Assembly: GCA_017991475.1 (NCBI GenBank)
Contig: JAGOQK010000002.1
Span: forward strand, 23,673-87,672
DNA from: Minisyncoccota bacterium
GTDB lineage: Bacteria > Patescibacteriota > Minisyncoccia > Phycocordibacterales > PALSA-1337
Direction of reading: 5' to 3'
Length of the DNA stretch: 64,000 bases
The position numbers and the translations under genes are program-made. The notes under the pieces are model-generated. The model saw only the letters and a program-made list of their open reading frames with translations. It was not told the origin of the DNA and did not search any database. Numbering within the stretch: the stretch's first letter is position 1; each line of letters starts with the position of its first letter. Of this stretch, positions 45,890-55,614 are shown one piece after another.

Positions 45890-46569
45890 ACCAAAATAGT
45901 TTCAACCTCCCCTTGCCGGGAGGTTTTTTCTTGCAAGAATTCGTGAAAATCCGTATACTCAATCCACCTATGAAGAAACCTCATGAAGACAACGATATCA
46001 TCCCTGAGGAAGAAAGTCTCAAGAAAGACCTCGATTCCGGCACCGACACTCTCGACGACAGCGTCGTAGCTGAAGAAGCTATGGGTGACACTATCAAGAA
46101 ACTCCGCGAAAAGATCAAGAAGCTTGAATCAGAAAAGCAGGAATACCTCACCGGCTGGCAGCGTGCAAAGGCTGACATGGTCAATGCACGACAGCGCGAT
46201 GAGGCAGAGCGCAAAGATTTCATCAAGTATGCCAACGAAGGGCTCATTTCTAATCTTATTTCCGTACTCGATAGCTTCGATATGGCTATGGGGAACAAGG
46301 AAGCTTGGGAAAAGGCTGACAAGAATTGGCGTGTAGGGGTTGAGTATATCTATTCGCAGCTGATAAAGGTGCTTACCGAGAATGGGTTGACAGAGATTAA
46401 TCCTATGAATGAAAAGTTCGACAATGCCAAGCATGAGGCAGTCTCCTATGAGCCGGTCACCGATGAGAAGCTTGATCATATGATCGTTGGGGTTATACAA
46501 AAAGGGTATTCCTTGAATGGAAAGCTGCTCAAGGTGCCAAAAGTGAAGGTTGCTGAGTTTAAGAAATAG
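45886..46569 (+). CDS. grpE: nucleotide exchange factor GrpE
   Basis: Coiled-coil region, then DSFDMAM...GVEYIYSQLIKVL...KGYSLNGKLLKVPKVKV. The likely start is Met at 45970. Confidence 0.88.
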   Translation: MNQNSFNLPLPGGFFLQEFVKIRILNPPMKKPHEDNDIIPEEESLKKDLDSGTDTLDDSVVAEEAMGDTIKKLREKIKKLESEKQEYLTGWQRAKADMVNARQRDEAERKDFIKYANEGLISNLISVLDSFDMAMGNKEAWEKADKNWRVGVEYIYSQLIKVLTENGLTEINPMNEKFDNAKHEAVSYEPVTDEKLDHMIVGVIQKGYSLNGKLLKVPKVKVAEFKK

Positions 46570-46580
46570 GTGAAATAAAA

Positions 46581-46610
46581 ATGACCAGCAACATGATGCT
46601 GGTCATTTCT
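46581..46610 (+). terminator. intrinsic terminator after grpE
   Basis: ATGACCAGCA-acatga-TGCTGGTCAT followed by TTCT. Confidence 0.6.
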
Positions 46611-46634
46611 GAAAAGGGAGTACTGCTTTCTGTG

Positions 46635-46880
46635 CTATGTGTCGAACGGGGTCACCATAACGACCCGTTGATGCCAGGCCATCAAACTCCACCAACCTTC
46701 AGCTGCACCAGCGATGCCATCTGGAAGAACGAAGAACCTGCCTGATTTGCCATAGGGATTATCGATTCTCGTCAAATCATATTCCGCTGGATCGATGCAA
46801 ATCCATTTCTCTCTGGCCGGTTGTTTACCCGCACTCGTAGTGTCCAAAACCTGGACTGGTAAGATAACCTGTATCTTCAT
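46635..46880 (-). CDS. 81-aa hypothetical protein
   Basis: AAGGA RBS 8 nt upstream of the ATG. No homology recognised. Confidence 0.4.
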   Translation of the reverse strand: MKIQVILPVQVLDTTSAGKQPAREKWICIDPAEYDLTRIDNPYGKSGRFFVLPDGIAGAAEGWWSLMAWHQRVVMVTPFDT

Positions 46881-46907
46881 CGGTCAATCCTTTGTGTAAA
46901 TTGTTGT

Positions 46908-47363
46908 ATGCTTTTGTTCTATTTCAAATTATCATATATTTTGTATCATGTCAAAATATTGTACTGGAAAATCTCTTCATTTTTTCATCAGTTCTGCTAT
47001 ACTACTCACATGTTAGCTACCCGCGAACTACAGCTCGTCCCGACCCAGAATCAAGCCCTTCAGAACGGTCAGCTGGTTTCGCGCATATTCACAGACACCT
47101 CAGGCCGTTCATTCCGCCTGACCTTCTTGGTCACTATGATCGATGGGGAAGCTCGTGGCCATCTCGTCTCTGCGCAAGAGATTGGTAAGAAAGCATCTGC
47201 GACCGATCAGGTCTTCTGCCTCCCATTTTCATGCCCGAAGATTGTAGCCTCCACTCCATATGTTTCCAAAGTCACCTCATTTGTATCACCGTATTTTTCT
47301 CTCGATTTTTTGATCAATAGTCAACCTACGAGAGCACCTTCTCGAACAAACTCTAATTTTTAA
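46908..47363 (+). CDS. hypothetical protein, probably leaderless from Met at 47010
   Basis: TATACT -10 hexamer at 46998-47003 sits 6 nt upstream of ATG 47010. No SD sequence. Confidence 0.35.
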   Translation: MLLFYFKLSYILYHVKILYWKISSFFHQFCYTTHMLATRELQLVPTQNQALQNGQLVSRIFTDTSGRSFRLTFLVTMIDGEARGHLVSAQEIGKKASATDQVFCLPFSCPKIVASTPYVSKVTSFVSPYFSLDFLINSQPTRAPSRTNSNF

Positions 47364-47460
47364 TTTTAAATTTTGAAATAATAATTTAATGTCTAAATTG
47401 ATAAATTAAGACATTCGAAATTATTTAAAAATTCAAAATTCATAATTAAAAATTATCTCC

Positions 47461-47703
47461 ATGTACATCAAAGTTCGTGCAAAAACTGGTCAACGCAAAG
47501 AAGAAATCATTACCGAAAGCGCCGACCACTTCGTCATATCAGTGAAGGAGAAAGCTGAACGAAATATGGCAAATAAAAGGATACTTGAAATCGTCAGAAG
47601 TTTGTTTCCCGGAAAGTCTGTCAGGATCATCAATGGTCACCAGAGTCCAGGGAAGTTGATAGCGGTGGATTCCCCCTCGCATAAAGCTTCGGAGGACAAG
47701 TAA
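47461..47703 (+). CDS. DUF167/YggU-family small protein
   Basis: ...KVRAKTGQRKEEI...HFVISVKEKAERNMANKRILEIVRSLF...IINGHQSPGKLIAV matches UPF0235. Confidence 0.6.
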   Translation: MYIKVRAKTGQRKEEIITESADHFVISVKEKAERNMANKRILEIVRSLFPGKSVRIINGHQSPGKLIAVDSPSHKASEDK

Positions 47704-47775
47704 TAAAGAGTGAATACTGAAAGTTCTAAAAAAATACCGCCAGGTTTTGTACTGGCGGCTAGGATCAAGATTATT

Positions 47776-47994
47776 TTAGTGCATCTTGAGCTGAATCGTT
47801 CTTTCAAGGGGTTTCTCTGAACTGTACTGTGCAGCATTCATTTTAGTGGCTATGTGCAAGGCAATCATAAGGCCAAACACCATCACTGGAAATGCGAGGG
47901 CACAGAAAAGCGCAGTCCACAGTCCACGAACTTCTTGAAGACTCATTACAAACTTCTTGAACATACAGGTATTCCCCAATGCTTTAACCTCCAA
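47776..47994 (-). CDS. possible small membrane protein
   Basis: One hydrophobic helix. Weak translation signals. Confidence 0.2.
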   Translation of the reverse strand: MEVKALGNTCMFKKFVMSLQEVRGLWTALFCALAFPVMVFGLMIALHIATKMNAAQYSSEKPLERTIQLKMH

Positions 47995-48078
47995 ATGAAA
48001 ACTTGGTCAAATGAGCATAATTGTTAGGTTACTGAAACTAAAATTAGATTACTACATTAATCATTAATTGTCAATACC

Positions 48079-49980
48079 ATGTCCAAAATTATCGGAATCG
48101 ACCTCGGTACAACATTCAGCGCCGTCGCAGTGATGGAAGCTGGCGTACCGAGAGTCCTCGAAAACGCAGAAGGTGCGCGTACAACACCTTCGATTGTCGC
48201 CCAATCAAAAACAGGCGAAAGACTCGTGGGACTTCTTGCAAAGAGGCAGGCCGTCACCAACCCCAAGAACACGATATTCCAGATCAAGCGCTTCATCGGA
48301 CACACCTTCGATGAGGAGAGTGTGCAAAAGGATATCAAAAATGTTTCATTCGAAGTCAGGAAGTCATCCAACGGTGGCATCGAAGTCAATATGGCTGGAA
48401 CTTGGATGAGGCCGGAAGAAGTCTCAGCCATGATCCTCACCAAGCTCAAGAATGACGCAGAAGCCCGTCTCGGCGAGAAGGTCACTCAGGCAGTCATCAC
48501 TGTTCCTGCGTACTTCAACGACAGTCAGCGCCAAGCTACCAAGGATGCAGGCAAGATCGCAGGACTCGAGGTCATGCGTATCATCAATGAACCTACAGCT
48601 GCAGCGCTCGCATACGGATTTGCAAAGAAGAAGGACGAGAAGATCGCTGTGTTCGACTTTGGTGGAGGAACATTCGATATCTCCGTCCTCGAAGTAGGCG
48701 ATGATGTCATCGAAGTCAAATCTACTGATGGTGACTCACACCTCGGCGGACGCGATATCGATGCGAAGATCGTGAACTGGCTCGCTGATACATTCCAGAA
48801 AGAGAACGGTATCGACCTTCGCAAGGATGCACTCGCACTCCAGAGACTCGATGAAGCAGCAGAGAAGGCAAAGATCGAGCTCTCGACAGCAGCACAGACC
48901 GAGATCAATATCCCATTTATCACTTCAGGATCTGATGGACCGAAGCACCTCCTCGTCACTCTCACTCGCGCACAGCTCGAGCAGATGACACAGGAATTCA
49001 TCGATCGCGCTATGGCTATCACCAAGCGCGCAGTCGAAGCTTCTCCATTCAAGGTAGGTGAAATCAATGAGATCGTCATGGTGGGCGGACAGACACGTAT
49101 GCCAGCTCTCCAGGATGCGGTCAAGAAGTTCTTCGGTAAGGAGCTCCACATGGGAGTTAATCCTGACGAGGTGGTTGCGGTGGGCGCGGCTATCCAGGGA
49201 GGTATCCTTGGTGGCGATGTGAAGGATGTGCTCCTCTTGGATGTCATTCCTCTGTCACTCGGAATCGAAACTATGGGTGGTGTTGCGACAAAACTCATCG
49301 AGAAGAACACCACTGTTCCTACCCAGAAGTCACAGATATTCTCGACCGCGGCTGACAATCAGCCATCAGTAGAGATTCATATCACGCAAGGTGAGCGACC
49401 TATGTCTGCAGACAACAAATCTCTCGGCAGATTCATCCTCGATGGTATCGCCCCAGCACCACGCGGTACACCACAAGTAGAGGTGACCTTCGATGTGGAT
49501 GCAAACGGTATCCTCAATGTGACTGCAAAGGACAAGGCGACCGGAAAGGCGAACTCGATCAAGATCACAGCTTCTTCAGGTCTCTCCAAGGAAGAGGTTG
49601 AGAAGATGAAGCAGGAAGCTGCTGCTCATGAAGCAGAAGATAAGGCCAAGAAGGATATCGTCGAGGCCAAGAATATCGCCGAGCAGCTCATCTACATGTC
49701 AGAGAAGTCTCTCAAGGATGCAGGTGACAAGGTGCCTGCTGATCTCAAGAAGTCTATAGATGAGAAGATACTCGCACTCAAGAATGCAAAGGATGCAGGT
49801 ACACCAGATCTCAACGTGATCAAGGCTGCAACTGAGCTTTTGTCAGGTGAGATACAGAAGGTGGGACCATTCATAGCTGAAGCTGAAAAGGCAAAGCAGG
49901 GTGGTGACAAGACGAATCCAGAGGCTGGTAAGGCGCCAGAAGGAGATGTGAAGGACGCTGAGTTTAAGGAGAAGAAGTAG
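48079..49980 (+). CDS. dnaK: chaperone DnaK (Hsp70)
   Basis: [14 protein letters not shown]...DLGGGTFD...full Hsp70 architecture. Confidence 0.95.
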   Translation: MSKIIGIDLGTTFSAVAVMEAGVPRVLENAEGARTTPSIVAQSKTGERLVGLLAKRQAVTNPKNTIFQIKRFIGHTFDEESVQKDIKNVSFEVRKSSNGGIEVNMAGTWMRPEEVSAMILTKLKNDAEARLGEKVTQAVITVPAYFNDSQRQATKDAGKIAGLEVMRIINEPTAAALAYGFAKKKDEKIAVFDFGGGTFDISVLEVGDDVIEVKSTDGDSHLGGRDIDAKIVNWLADTFQKENGIDLRKDALALQRLDEAAEKAKIELSTAAQTEINIPFITSGSDGPKHLLVTLTRAQLEQMTQEFIDRAMAITKRAVEASPFKVGEINEIVMVGGQTRMPALQDAVKKFFGKELHMGVNPDEVVAVGAAIQGGILGGDVKDVLLLDVIPLSLGIETMGGVATKLIEKNTTVPTQKSQIFSTAADNQPSVEIHITQGERPMSADNKSLGRFILDGIAPAPRGTPQVEVTFDVDANGILNVTAKDKATGKANSIKITASSGLSKEEVEKMKQEAAAHEAEDKAKKDIVEAKNIAEQLIYMSEKSLKDAGDKVPADLKKSIDEKILALKNAKDAGTPDLNVIKAATELLSGEIQKVGPFIAEAEKAKQGGDKTNPEAGKAPEGDVKDAEFKEKK

Positions 49981-50045
49981 GTAATAAAAAAGACCTCCGT
50001 AGCTTCCCTGAAGTAATTCGGGGAAGCGAACGGGGGTCTGTGAAA

Positions 50046-50474
50046 CTACGCAACATTACAAAGCACCCAACCATGTTTCTTGAGATTTTCGATGTCAGCT
50101 TCTGTTGCATCCCAACTCTCACAATCCGGTAGGCTGAGAACGACCTCGACGAGGTATTCCAAATTCACTCCTCCACGGTCTAATCCTTGAAGTAATCGTG
50201 CACTCCGCACAACATGAGGCTTAGATATTCCCCAGCACAACACCTCCATTCCATTGACCAAATTGATGGTACAATCGTCAACATTACGTTTGTAGATCTG
50301 CTTTGTGAATGAGGCTTTAACCGTTAGAAATATTGAGTACGGTGATTTCATAGAATGATTTAAAAGAATTTTGTTGATTGATCCAAGGCAAAACATCCCA
50401 AGATGCCCTGCCTGTCCACGAAGCTTCATGCGAAGTAGGACAAAACTACTGAAATCAAAGTAACATAATATCAC
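50046..50474 (-). CDS. hypothetical protein in the inserted islet between dnaK and dnaJ
   Basis: No homology recognised. Divergently oriented to the TA pair. Confidence 0.35.
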   Translation of the reverse strand: MILCYFDFSSFVLLRMKLRGQAGHLGMFCLGSINKILLNHSMKSPYSIFLTVKASFTKQIYKRNVDDCTINLVNGMEVLCWGISKPHVVRSARLLQGLDRGGVNLEYLVEVVLSLPDCESWDATEADIENLKKHGWVLCNVA

Positions 50475-50574
50475 TGTAAAGTCAACTAGTGCGCTTGCTC
50501 ACTCTAAATAGCGTGGTATACTACCTTTACAGGTCGCCTTCGGGCGTCAGCGGCTGAAATAACCGCAAACTAAC

Positions 50575-50754
50575 ATGAATACACTCACTCTACAAAAACA
50601 ATCAAACAAACTTGAGAAGATCATTAAAACAGCAAGCAGAGCCTTGTTTGAATTTGAGGTCGCTCAAGCAAAATGGGAAAGAGCTCACGGTATGGGAAGA
50701 TCTTATAAGTCCGTTGATGCTTTCATGCGTCACATCAAGCGTAAACTGAAATAA
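50575..50754 (+). CDS. putative antitoxin (59 aa) of a type II TA pair
   Basis: Small basic ORF ending 5 nt before the toxin start. Below the ORF-track cutoff. Confidence 0.45.
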   Translation: MNTLTLQKQSNKLEKIIKTASRALFEFEVAQAKWERAHGMGRSYKSVDAFMRHIKRKLK

Positions 50755-50759
50755 GACCA

Positions 50760-51029
50760 ATGGCACGAGAGATTTTCCCGTTACCGGCATTCGAAAGGAG
50801 GCTGGAAAAGTTTCTTAACTACCATCCGAACATGGATTCAGATGTCAAACGCGCACTCAAATTTCTTGTGCGCGATGTGCACTATCCGCGACTAAAAACC
50901 CACAAGCTCCATGGAAAGATGAAAGAATCGTACGCTTGCAGCATAAACTACCAGTACCGCATTTCCTTCACTTTTGATGAAAAGTATATCTATCTTGAAT
51001 CTATCGGTTCACACGATGACGTTTACTAG
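50760..51029 (+). CDS. RelE/ParE-superfamily type II toxin
   Basis: ...HYPRLKTHKLHGKMKESYACSINYQYRISFTFDEKYIYLESIGSHDDVY matches the RelE/ParE family C-terminal pattern. Confidence 0.65.
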   Translation: MAREIFPLPAFERRLEKFLNYHPNMDSDVKRALKFLVRDVHYPRLKTHKLHGKMKESYACSINYQYRISFTFDEKYIYLESIGSHDDVY

Positions 51030-51060
51030 AAATATACTTTGATCAAAATATCAACTCAAC

Positions 51061-51975
51061 ATGTCCAAAGATTACTACAAAACCCTAGGCCTCGAAAAAT
51101 CCGCCTCCAAAGACGACGTCAAGAAGGCGTTTCGTAAACTCGCGCATGAACATCACCCTGACAAGAACAAAGGTAATGCAGCATCTGAGCAGAAATTCAA
51201 AGAGGCGAGCGAGGCTTACAGTGTACTCTCAGATGACCAGAAACGTGCGCAATACGACAGATTCGGATCGGCAGGAATGGGTGGGGGAGGATTCAACCCA
51301 GGAGCTGGTGGTTTCGGCGGACAAGGCTTCGGTGGTTTTGACTTCTCAGGATTCCAGCAGGGTGGGGGAGGATTTCATTTCAATCAAGGTGGCGTGGAGT
51401 TTGATCTCGGAGATATTTTCGGAGACTTCTTCGGTGGCGGACGCCGACCACGCAAGGGCAGGAATATTACGGTGGACGTCGAACTCACATTCAAGGATTC
51501 TATCTTCGGCATCGAGAAGGAGATCAACGTGGAGAGCGTGAAGCTCGCCGTGAAGATTCCAGCAGGAATTGAGAACGGACAAGGATTGCGTATCGGAGGA
51601 AAAGGGGAGGATGGACCGGGCGGCAAAGGTGACCTCATCGTGCGTGTCTGGGTCAAGGAACATGCTCACATAAGAAAGGAGGGCTTCGACCTCGTCATGC
51701 AGCTACCGATCAAGCTCACAACTGCGCTCGCCGGCGGCTCCATGGACATCGAGACACTTGATGGAACTATCGAACTAAAAATACCCGCAGGGACTTCTCA
51801 CGGCGAAATCCTTCGCGTCAAAGGCAAGGGAGTACCCTATGAGAATCAAGGCAGCGTCTTTGGCACAGGTGGCCGTCGTGGCGATCTCCTTGTCGTGACC
51901 CATATTGAGATGCCGAGGAAGTTGTCCAAGAAGGCGAAGGAGCTTATTGAAGGGCTCAAAGAAGAGGGGGTGTAG
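51061..51975 (+). CDS. dnaJ: DnaJ-family co-chaperone lacking the zinc-finger (type II/CbpA-like)
   Basis: J domain with HPD, then a long Gly/Phe-rich region, then C-terminal substrate-binding domains. There is no CxxCxGxG repeat. Confidence 0.85.
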   Translation: MSKDYYKTLGLEKSASKDDVKKAFRKLAHEHHPDKNKGNAASEQKFKEASEAYSVLSDDQKRAQYDRFGSAGMGGGGFNPGAGGFGGQGFGGFDFSGFQQGGGGFHFNQGGVEFDLGDIFGDFFGGGRRPRKGRNITVDVELTFKDSIFGIEKEINVESVKLAVKIPAGIENGQGLRIGGKGEDGPGGKGDLIVRVWVKEHAHIRKEGFDLVMQLPIKLTTALAGGSMDIETLDGTIELKIPAGTSHGEILRVKGKGVPYENQGSVFGTGGRRGDLLVVTHIEMPRKLSKKAKELIEGLKEEGV

Positions 51976-52005
51976 AAATCGTCTATTATCTGATATCATA
52001 TCTCC

Positions 52006-52959
52006 ATGTCCAAGAAAATCCTTCTCTCAGGTGTCAAACCTACTGGCTCAGCCCATATCGGCAACTATTTCGGTGCAATGAAGCAGTTCGTCGATCTCCA
52101 GAATAGTGGCAACTACGAGTGCCACCTCTTCATCGCCGACTATCATGCCCTCAACCTTATCCAGGACAGGGAACAGATGAAAAAGCTCACCTATGAGCTT
52201 GCTCTCGACTATCTCGCTATCGGTCTCGATCCGGCCAAGTCCATAATTTTCAAGCAGTCAGATATCTCAGCACATACCGAGCTCGCGTGGATTTTCGACA
52301 CCATCGTTACCATGCCATACCTCATGCGTGCGCATGCATACAAGGACGCAGAGGCCAAGAACAAGGAGATTAGTGTTGGCACTTTCAACTATCCCGTCCT
52401 CATGGCCGCTGATATCCTCCTCTATGACACTGACGTCGTCCCAGTCGGACAAGATCAGAAACAACACGTCGAATATTCCCGCGACATCGCGCTCAAGTTC
52501 AACCACACATTCAAAGAAGAGACATTCAAACTCCCTGAGCCGCTCATCCTGGAATCCGTCGCCACAGTCCCGGGAATCGACGGCCGCAAAATGTCCAAGA
52601 GTTACAACAACACCATTCCGCTCTTCGCAACGCGTGACGAGATCACCAAGGCAGTCATGAGCATCGTCACTGATTCAAGCGGAGATGTTCCGATGAATGT
52701 TTACAATATTCACAAGCTATTCAAGACCGAGTCCGAACTCAAGCCGCTCTATGACGCCAACAAGGGCAAATACAAGGCACTCAAGGACGCACTCATCGAC
52801 GACATAGACGCATTCATCAAGCCGATGCGCGAGAGGAGGGCAGAGCTCGCGCACGACGAGAAGACCATCATGAAAATACTTGAACAAGGTGCTGAGCAGG
52901 CCAAGAAGGTCGCAAACCAGAAGCTCGAAGAGGTCAAGAAGGCGATCGGCGTACTCTAA
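52006..52959 (+). CDS. trpS: tryptophanyl-tRNA synthetase
   Basis: GVKPTGSAHIGNY (HIGH region) and KMSKS. Confidence 0.9.
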   Translation: MSKKILLSGVKPTGSAHIGNYFGAMKQFVDLQNSGNYECHLFIADYHALNLIQDREQMKKLTYELALDYLAIGLDPAKSIIFKQSDISAHTELAWIFDTIVTMPYLMRAHAYKDAEAKNKEISVGTFNYPVLMAADILLYDTDVVPVGQDQKQHVEYSRDIALKFNHTFKEETFKLPEPLILESVATVPGIDGRKMSKSYNNTIPLFATRDEITKAVMSIVTDSSGDVPMNVYNIHKLFKTESELKPLYDANKGKYKALKDALIDDIDAFIKPMRERRAELAHDEKTIMKILEQGAEQAKKVANQKLEEVKKAIGVL

Positions 52960-53106
52960 TCTCTGATCTCTGATCATTGATGCTCGTCCGCAGGGTAGAC
53001 CTGTGCACCCCTGCTCCATCACGATTTCTCTATCACTTCTTCACTATTCCTTCATATCAACTTGGTATGATCGTGTGTATTAGTAGTCAGTAATCACACA
53101 CACATC

Positions 53107-53301
53107 ATGTCACTAGATTCAAAAGATCTTGAACTCATAGAACGCATCGTTTACAAAAATAGCGACGATATCGCCATATCTATTGCTCGTAGCTTTCAAC
53201 GCCTCGAAGAGCGCATCGACGGCTCGGAGTCGCGAATATATTCACGCCTTGCAGACCTAGAAGACCGTATCGAATCCAGCAGCCTTGCGGTACTCGATTG
53301 A
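53107..53301 (+). CDS. possible 64-aa acidic coiled-coil peptide
   Basis: ORF only. Converges on the cysS 3' end. Confidence 0.2.
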   Translation: MSLDSKDLELIERIVYKNSDDIAISIARSFQRLEERIDGSESRIYSRLADLEDRIESSSLAVLD

Positions 53302-53316
53302 CTGCACACTCGAAAC

Positions 53317-54681
53317 CTATTTGCTCACAACCTTGATACCAGTAGGAGTATCGGAGATAGTATATCCACGGCCCTCTATCTCAACACGGAGCGCATCAGC
53401 CTTGTCCCATTCCTTGGCTTTACGAGCTTCCTCACGCGCATCGACGAGCGCCTGTATCTCGAGTGGAATCTTCTCCTCCTCGATCGGCGCAAGTGACCCA
53501 AGCTTGAGACCAAAAACACGGTCGAAATCAAGAATGGTCGCACGCTTGTCAGCATCTGAAACAGCGGCATCCTTGAGCAATTCCCAGACGAGCGCGAGTG
53601 CCTGTGCAGTACCTAGATCTTCATTGATATAGGCTGTAAAACGGGCCTTATAGGCTTCAGAAACAGTGCCTCCGTCTCTGAGGTTGCTCATAGTAGTCAT
53701 GAGCTTTATGAGGGCATTTTGAGCCCCACGGACGGCTTCTAGAGTGAAATTCACGGGCGATCTATAGTGAGCAGTCAGAAGCCAGTAGCGGTAAGCGAGA
53801 GGAGATATCATGTCATCTTCGAGGGTTTCAAGCTTCGCAATGTTACCCTTGGACTTGGCCATCTTCTCATCAGCCATTGTGATGAATGCGCCGTGCATCC
53901 AGTAGCGAGCAAATGGTTTACCTGTCGCACTCTCAGACTGCGCGATCTCATTGGTATGATGAGGGAATATGAGATCGGCACCGCCGGTATGTATATCAAT
54001 GGTTTCGCCGAGTGCCTTCATAGCCATTGCCGAACACTCGATATGCCATCCGGGACGACCAGCCCCGAAAGAAGCGTCCCATGAATTATCTCCATCCTGA
54101 TCTGTTGTGAATTTCCACAGTGCAAAATCATGCGGGTTATCCTTGTCATACTCATCATTGGCGACACGCTGGTGCGCGGTGTCGTCTGATGTTGCTGCAT
54201 CAAGCTTCAGATGCGCAAGCATCCCATAATCCTTCACCTTGGAGATGCTCATATACACACCATCAGTAGCTTTGTATGCAAATCCTTTCTCGAGGAGCTT
54301 TTCGATAAGCGCAACCATATCAGCAATATGATCGGTGGCACGGATAAGATGGTGAGGTACGAGGATGTTCAAGGATTTCAATCCTTCAATAAAGAGGTCT
54401 TCGTACTTGCGGGTGAGTGCCGTGAGGGTAACACCTTCTTCGCGACTCCTTCTGATCGTCTTGTCGTCGACATCGGTGATATTCATCGCCTGATTGACCG
54501 TGTATTCGTTGTACTCGAAAGCGCGTCGAATCAGATCATTCATGACGAAAGTGCGATAGTTACCTATGTGGGGTGTGTCATACACCGTCGGGCCACAGTG
54601 ATACATAGAAACTGCTCCTTCTTTGAGAGGGGAGAATAATTCCAGAGAGCGTGACAGGGTATTGTAGAGTTTAATAGGCAT
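53317..54681 (-). CDS. cysS: cysteinyl-tRNA synthetase
   Basis: HCGPTVYDTPHIGN (HIGH) and KMAKSKGN (KMSKS). Confidence 0.92.
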   Translation of the reverse strand: MPIKLYNTLSRSLELFSPLKEGAVSMYHCGPTVYDTPHIGNYRTFVMNDLIRRAFEYNEYTVNQAMNITDVDDKTIRRSREEGVTLTALTRKYEDLFIEGLKSLNILVPHHLIRATDHIADMVALIEKLLEKGFAYKATDGVYMSISKVKDYGMLAHLKLDAATSDDTAHQRVANDEYDKDNPHDFALWKFTTDQDGDNSWDASFGAGRPGWHIECSAMAMKALGETIDIHTGGADLIFPHHTNEIAQSESATGKPFARYWMHGAFITMADEKMAKSKGNIAKLETLEDDMISPLAYRYWLLTAHYRSPVNFTLEAVRGAQNALIKLMTTMSNLRDGGTVSEAYKARFTAYINEDLGTAQALALVWELLKDAAVSDADKRATILDFDRVFGLKLGSLAPIEEEKIPLEIQALVDAREEARKAKEWDKADALRVEIEGRGYTISDTPTGIKVVSK

Positions 54682-54684
54682 GTT

Positions 54685-55614
54685 CTACATCCACTTCTTC
54701 CTTCTAAACATATACCAAATCGCCGCGCTCACCGCGAGCATAAAGAAGAGGATAGCGTACCATCCGACACCATATTCAATGAGCGGGACATTGATAGCAG
54801 GAATAGTGAAGAGTGCAGCGATGAATGTGGCTGGCTGGAATATGAAAGCGACCAGTGTGAGACGCTTCATGATGTCATTCTGCTTGGTGTTGAGTAAAGA
54901 ATCGTTGGTCTCACGCAGATCCGCGAGGAGTTCACGGGAATTGGAAATAAGCTCGCGGATGCGATTGAAATCATCTCTGATGTCGCGCATGTAGATACTG
55001 AATTCTTTGCCGAAAATCGACGACTCATCGCGAGAAATCATGTCTGACCAGATCTCCTCGTGAACACGGGCGGTCTGCTTGAAATCGATAAGTTCACGCG
55101 ACAGATCTGAGAGCCCCTCGACCATCCTGCGCTCATCACCACCGAATACACGTGTCTCGGCACTCACGAGGGCATCCTTGATATTCTCGAGATCCTCACA
55201 CATACCCGCATAGATGCGCTTGACTATATAGTAGAAGAGGTGGCCTGCGTGCTCAATCTTCTCCTCCTTGTTGAGGATAGAATTGGTCTCGAAGACCTTG
55301 CCGAAATACTCGAGCTGCTCGATAGTATCGAAGCGCGAGGTGATGAGGAAATTCTTGCCAATGACGAAATCAACCTCGCGATCCTCGATCTCGTAGCCGT
55401 CACCTTTCTTGGCACGGACACGGACGGGGAGTGTGAGCACAACGAGAATGTATTCCTTGTAGAAATCGATCTTCGCAAGAGATGAGGACTCCATGAGCTC
55501 CTCGCCGACGAGTGGATGGAGACTGTAGCGCTTAACTAGACCAGAAATCTCTTCGGTATCAGGATTGGAGACATCGAGCCAGACAAGACCTTTCGAAGCG
55601 TGATGGGTAATCAT
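54685..55614 (-). CDS. corA: CorA-family divalent cation transporter-like protein with altered signature motif
   Basis: Cytoplasmic alpha/beta domain plus two C-terminal TM helices. The inter-TM loop reads FTIPAINVP where the canonical YGMNF would be. Confidence 0.6.
   Translation of the reverse strand: MITHHASKGLVWLDVSNPDTEEISGLVKRYSLHPLVGEELMESSSLAKIDFYKEYILVVLTLPVRVRAKKGDGYEIEDREVDFVIGKNFLITSRFDTIEQLEYFGKVFETNSILNKEEKIEHAGHLFYYIVKRIYAGMCEDLENIKDALVSAETRVFGGDERRMVEGLSDLSRELIDFKQTARVHEEIWSDMISRDESSIFGKEFSIYMRDIRDDFNRIRELISNSRELLADLRETNDSLLNTKQNDIMKRLTLVAFIFQPATFIAALFTIPAINVPLIEYGVGWYAILFFMLAVSAAIWYMFRRKKWM

Noticed and set aside
47059-47067. A fourth copy of the palindromic element core (CAGAACGGT at 47059)
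   Set aside because: Only the 9-mer matches. There is no GTGTACAAATACAA 13 nt downstream and no inverted arms, and it lies inside a coding frame.
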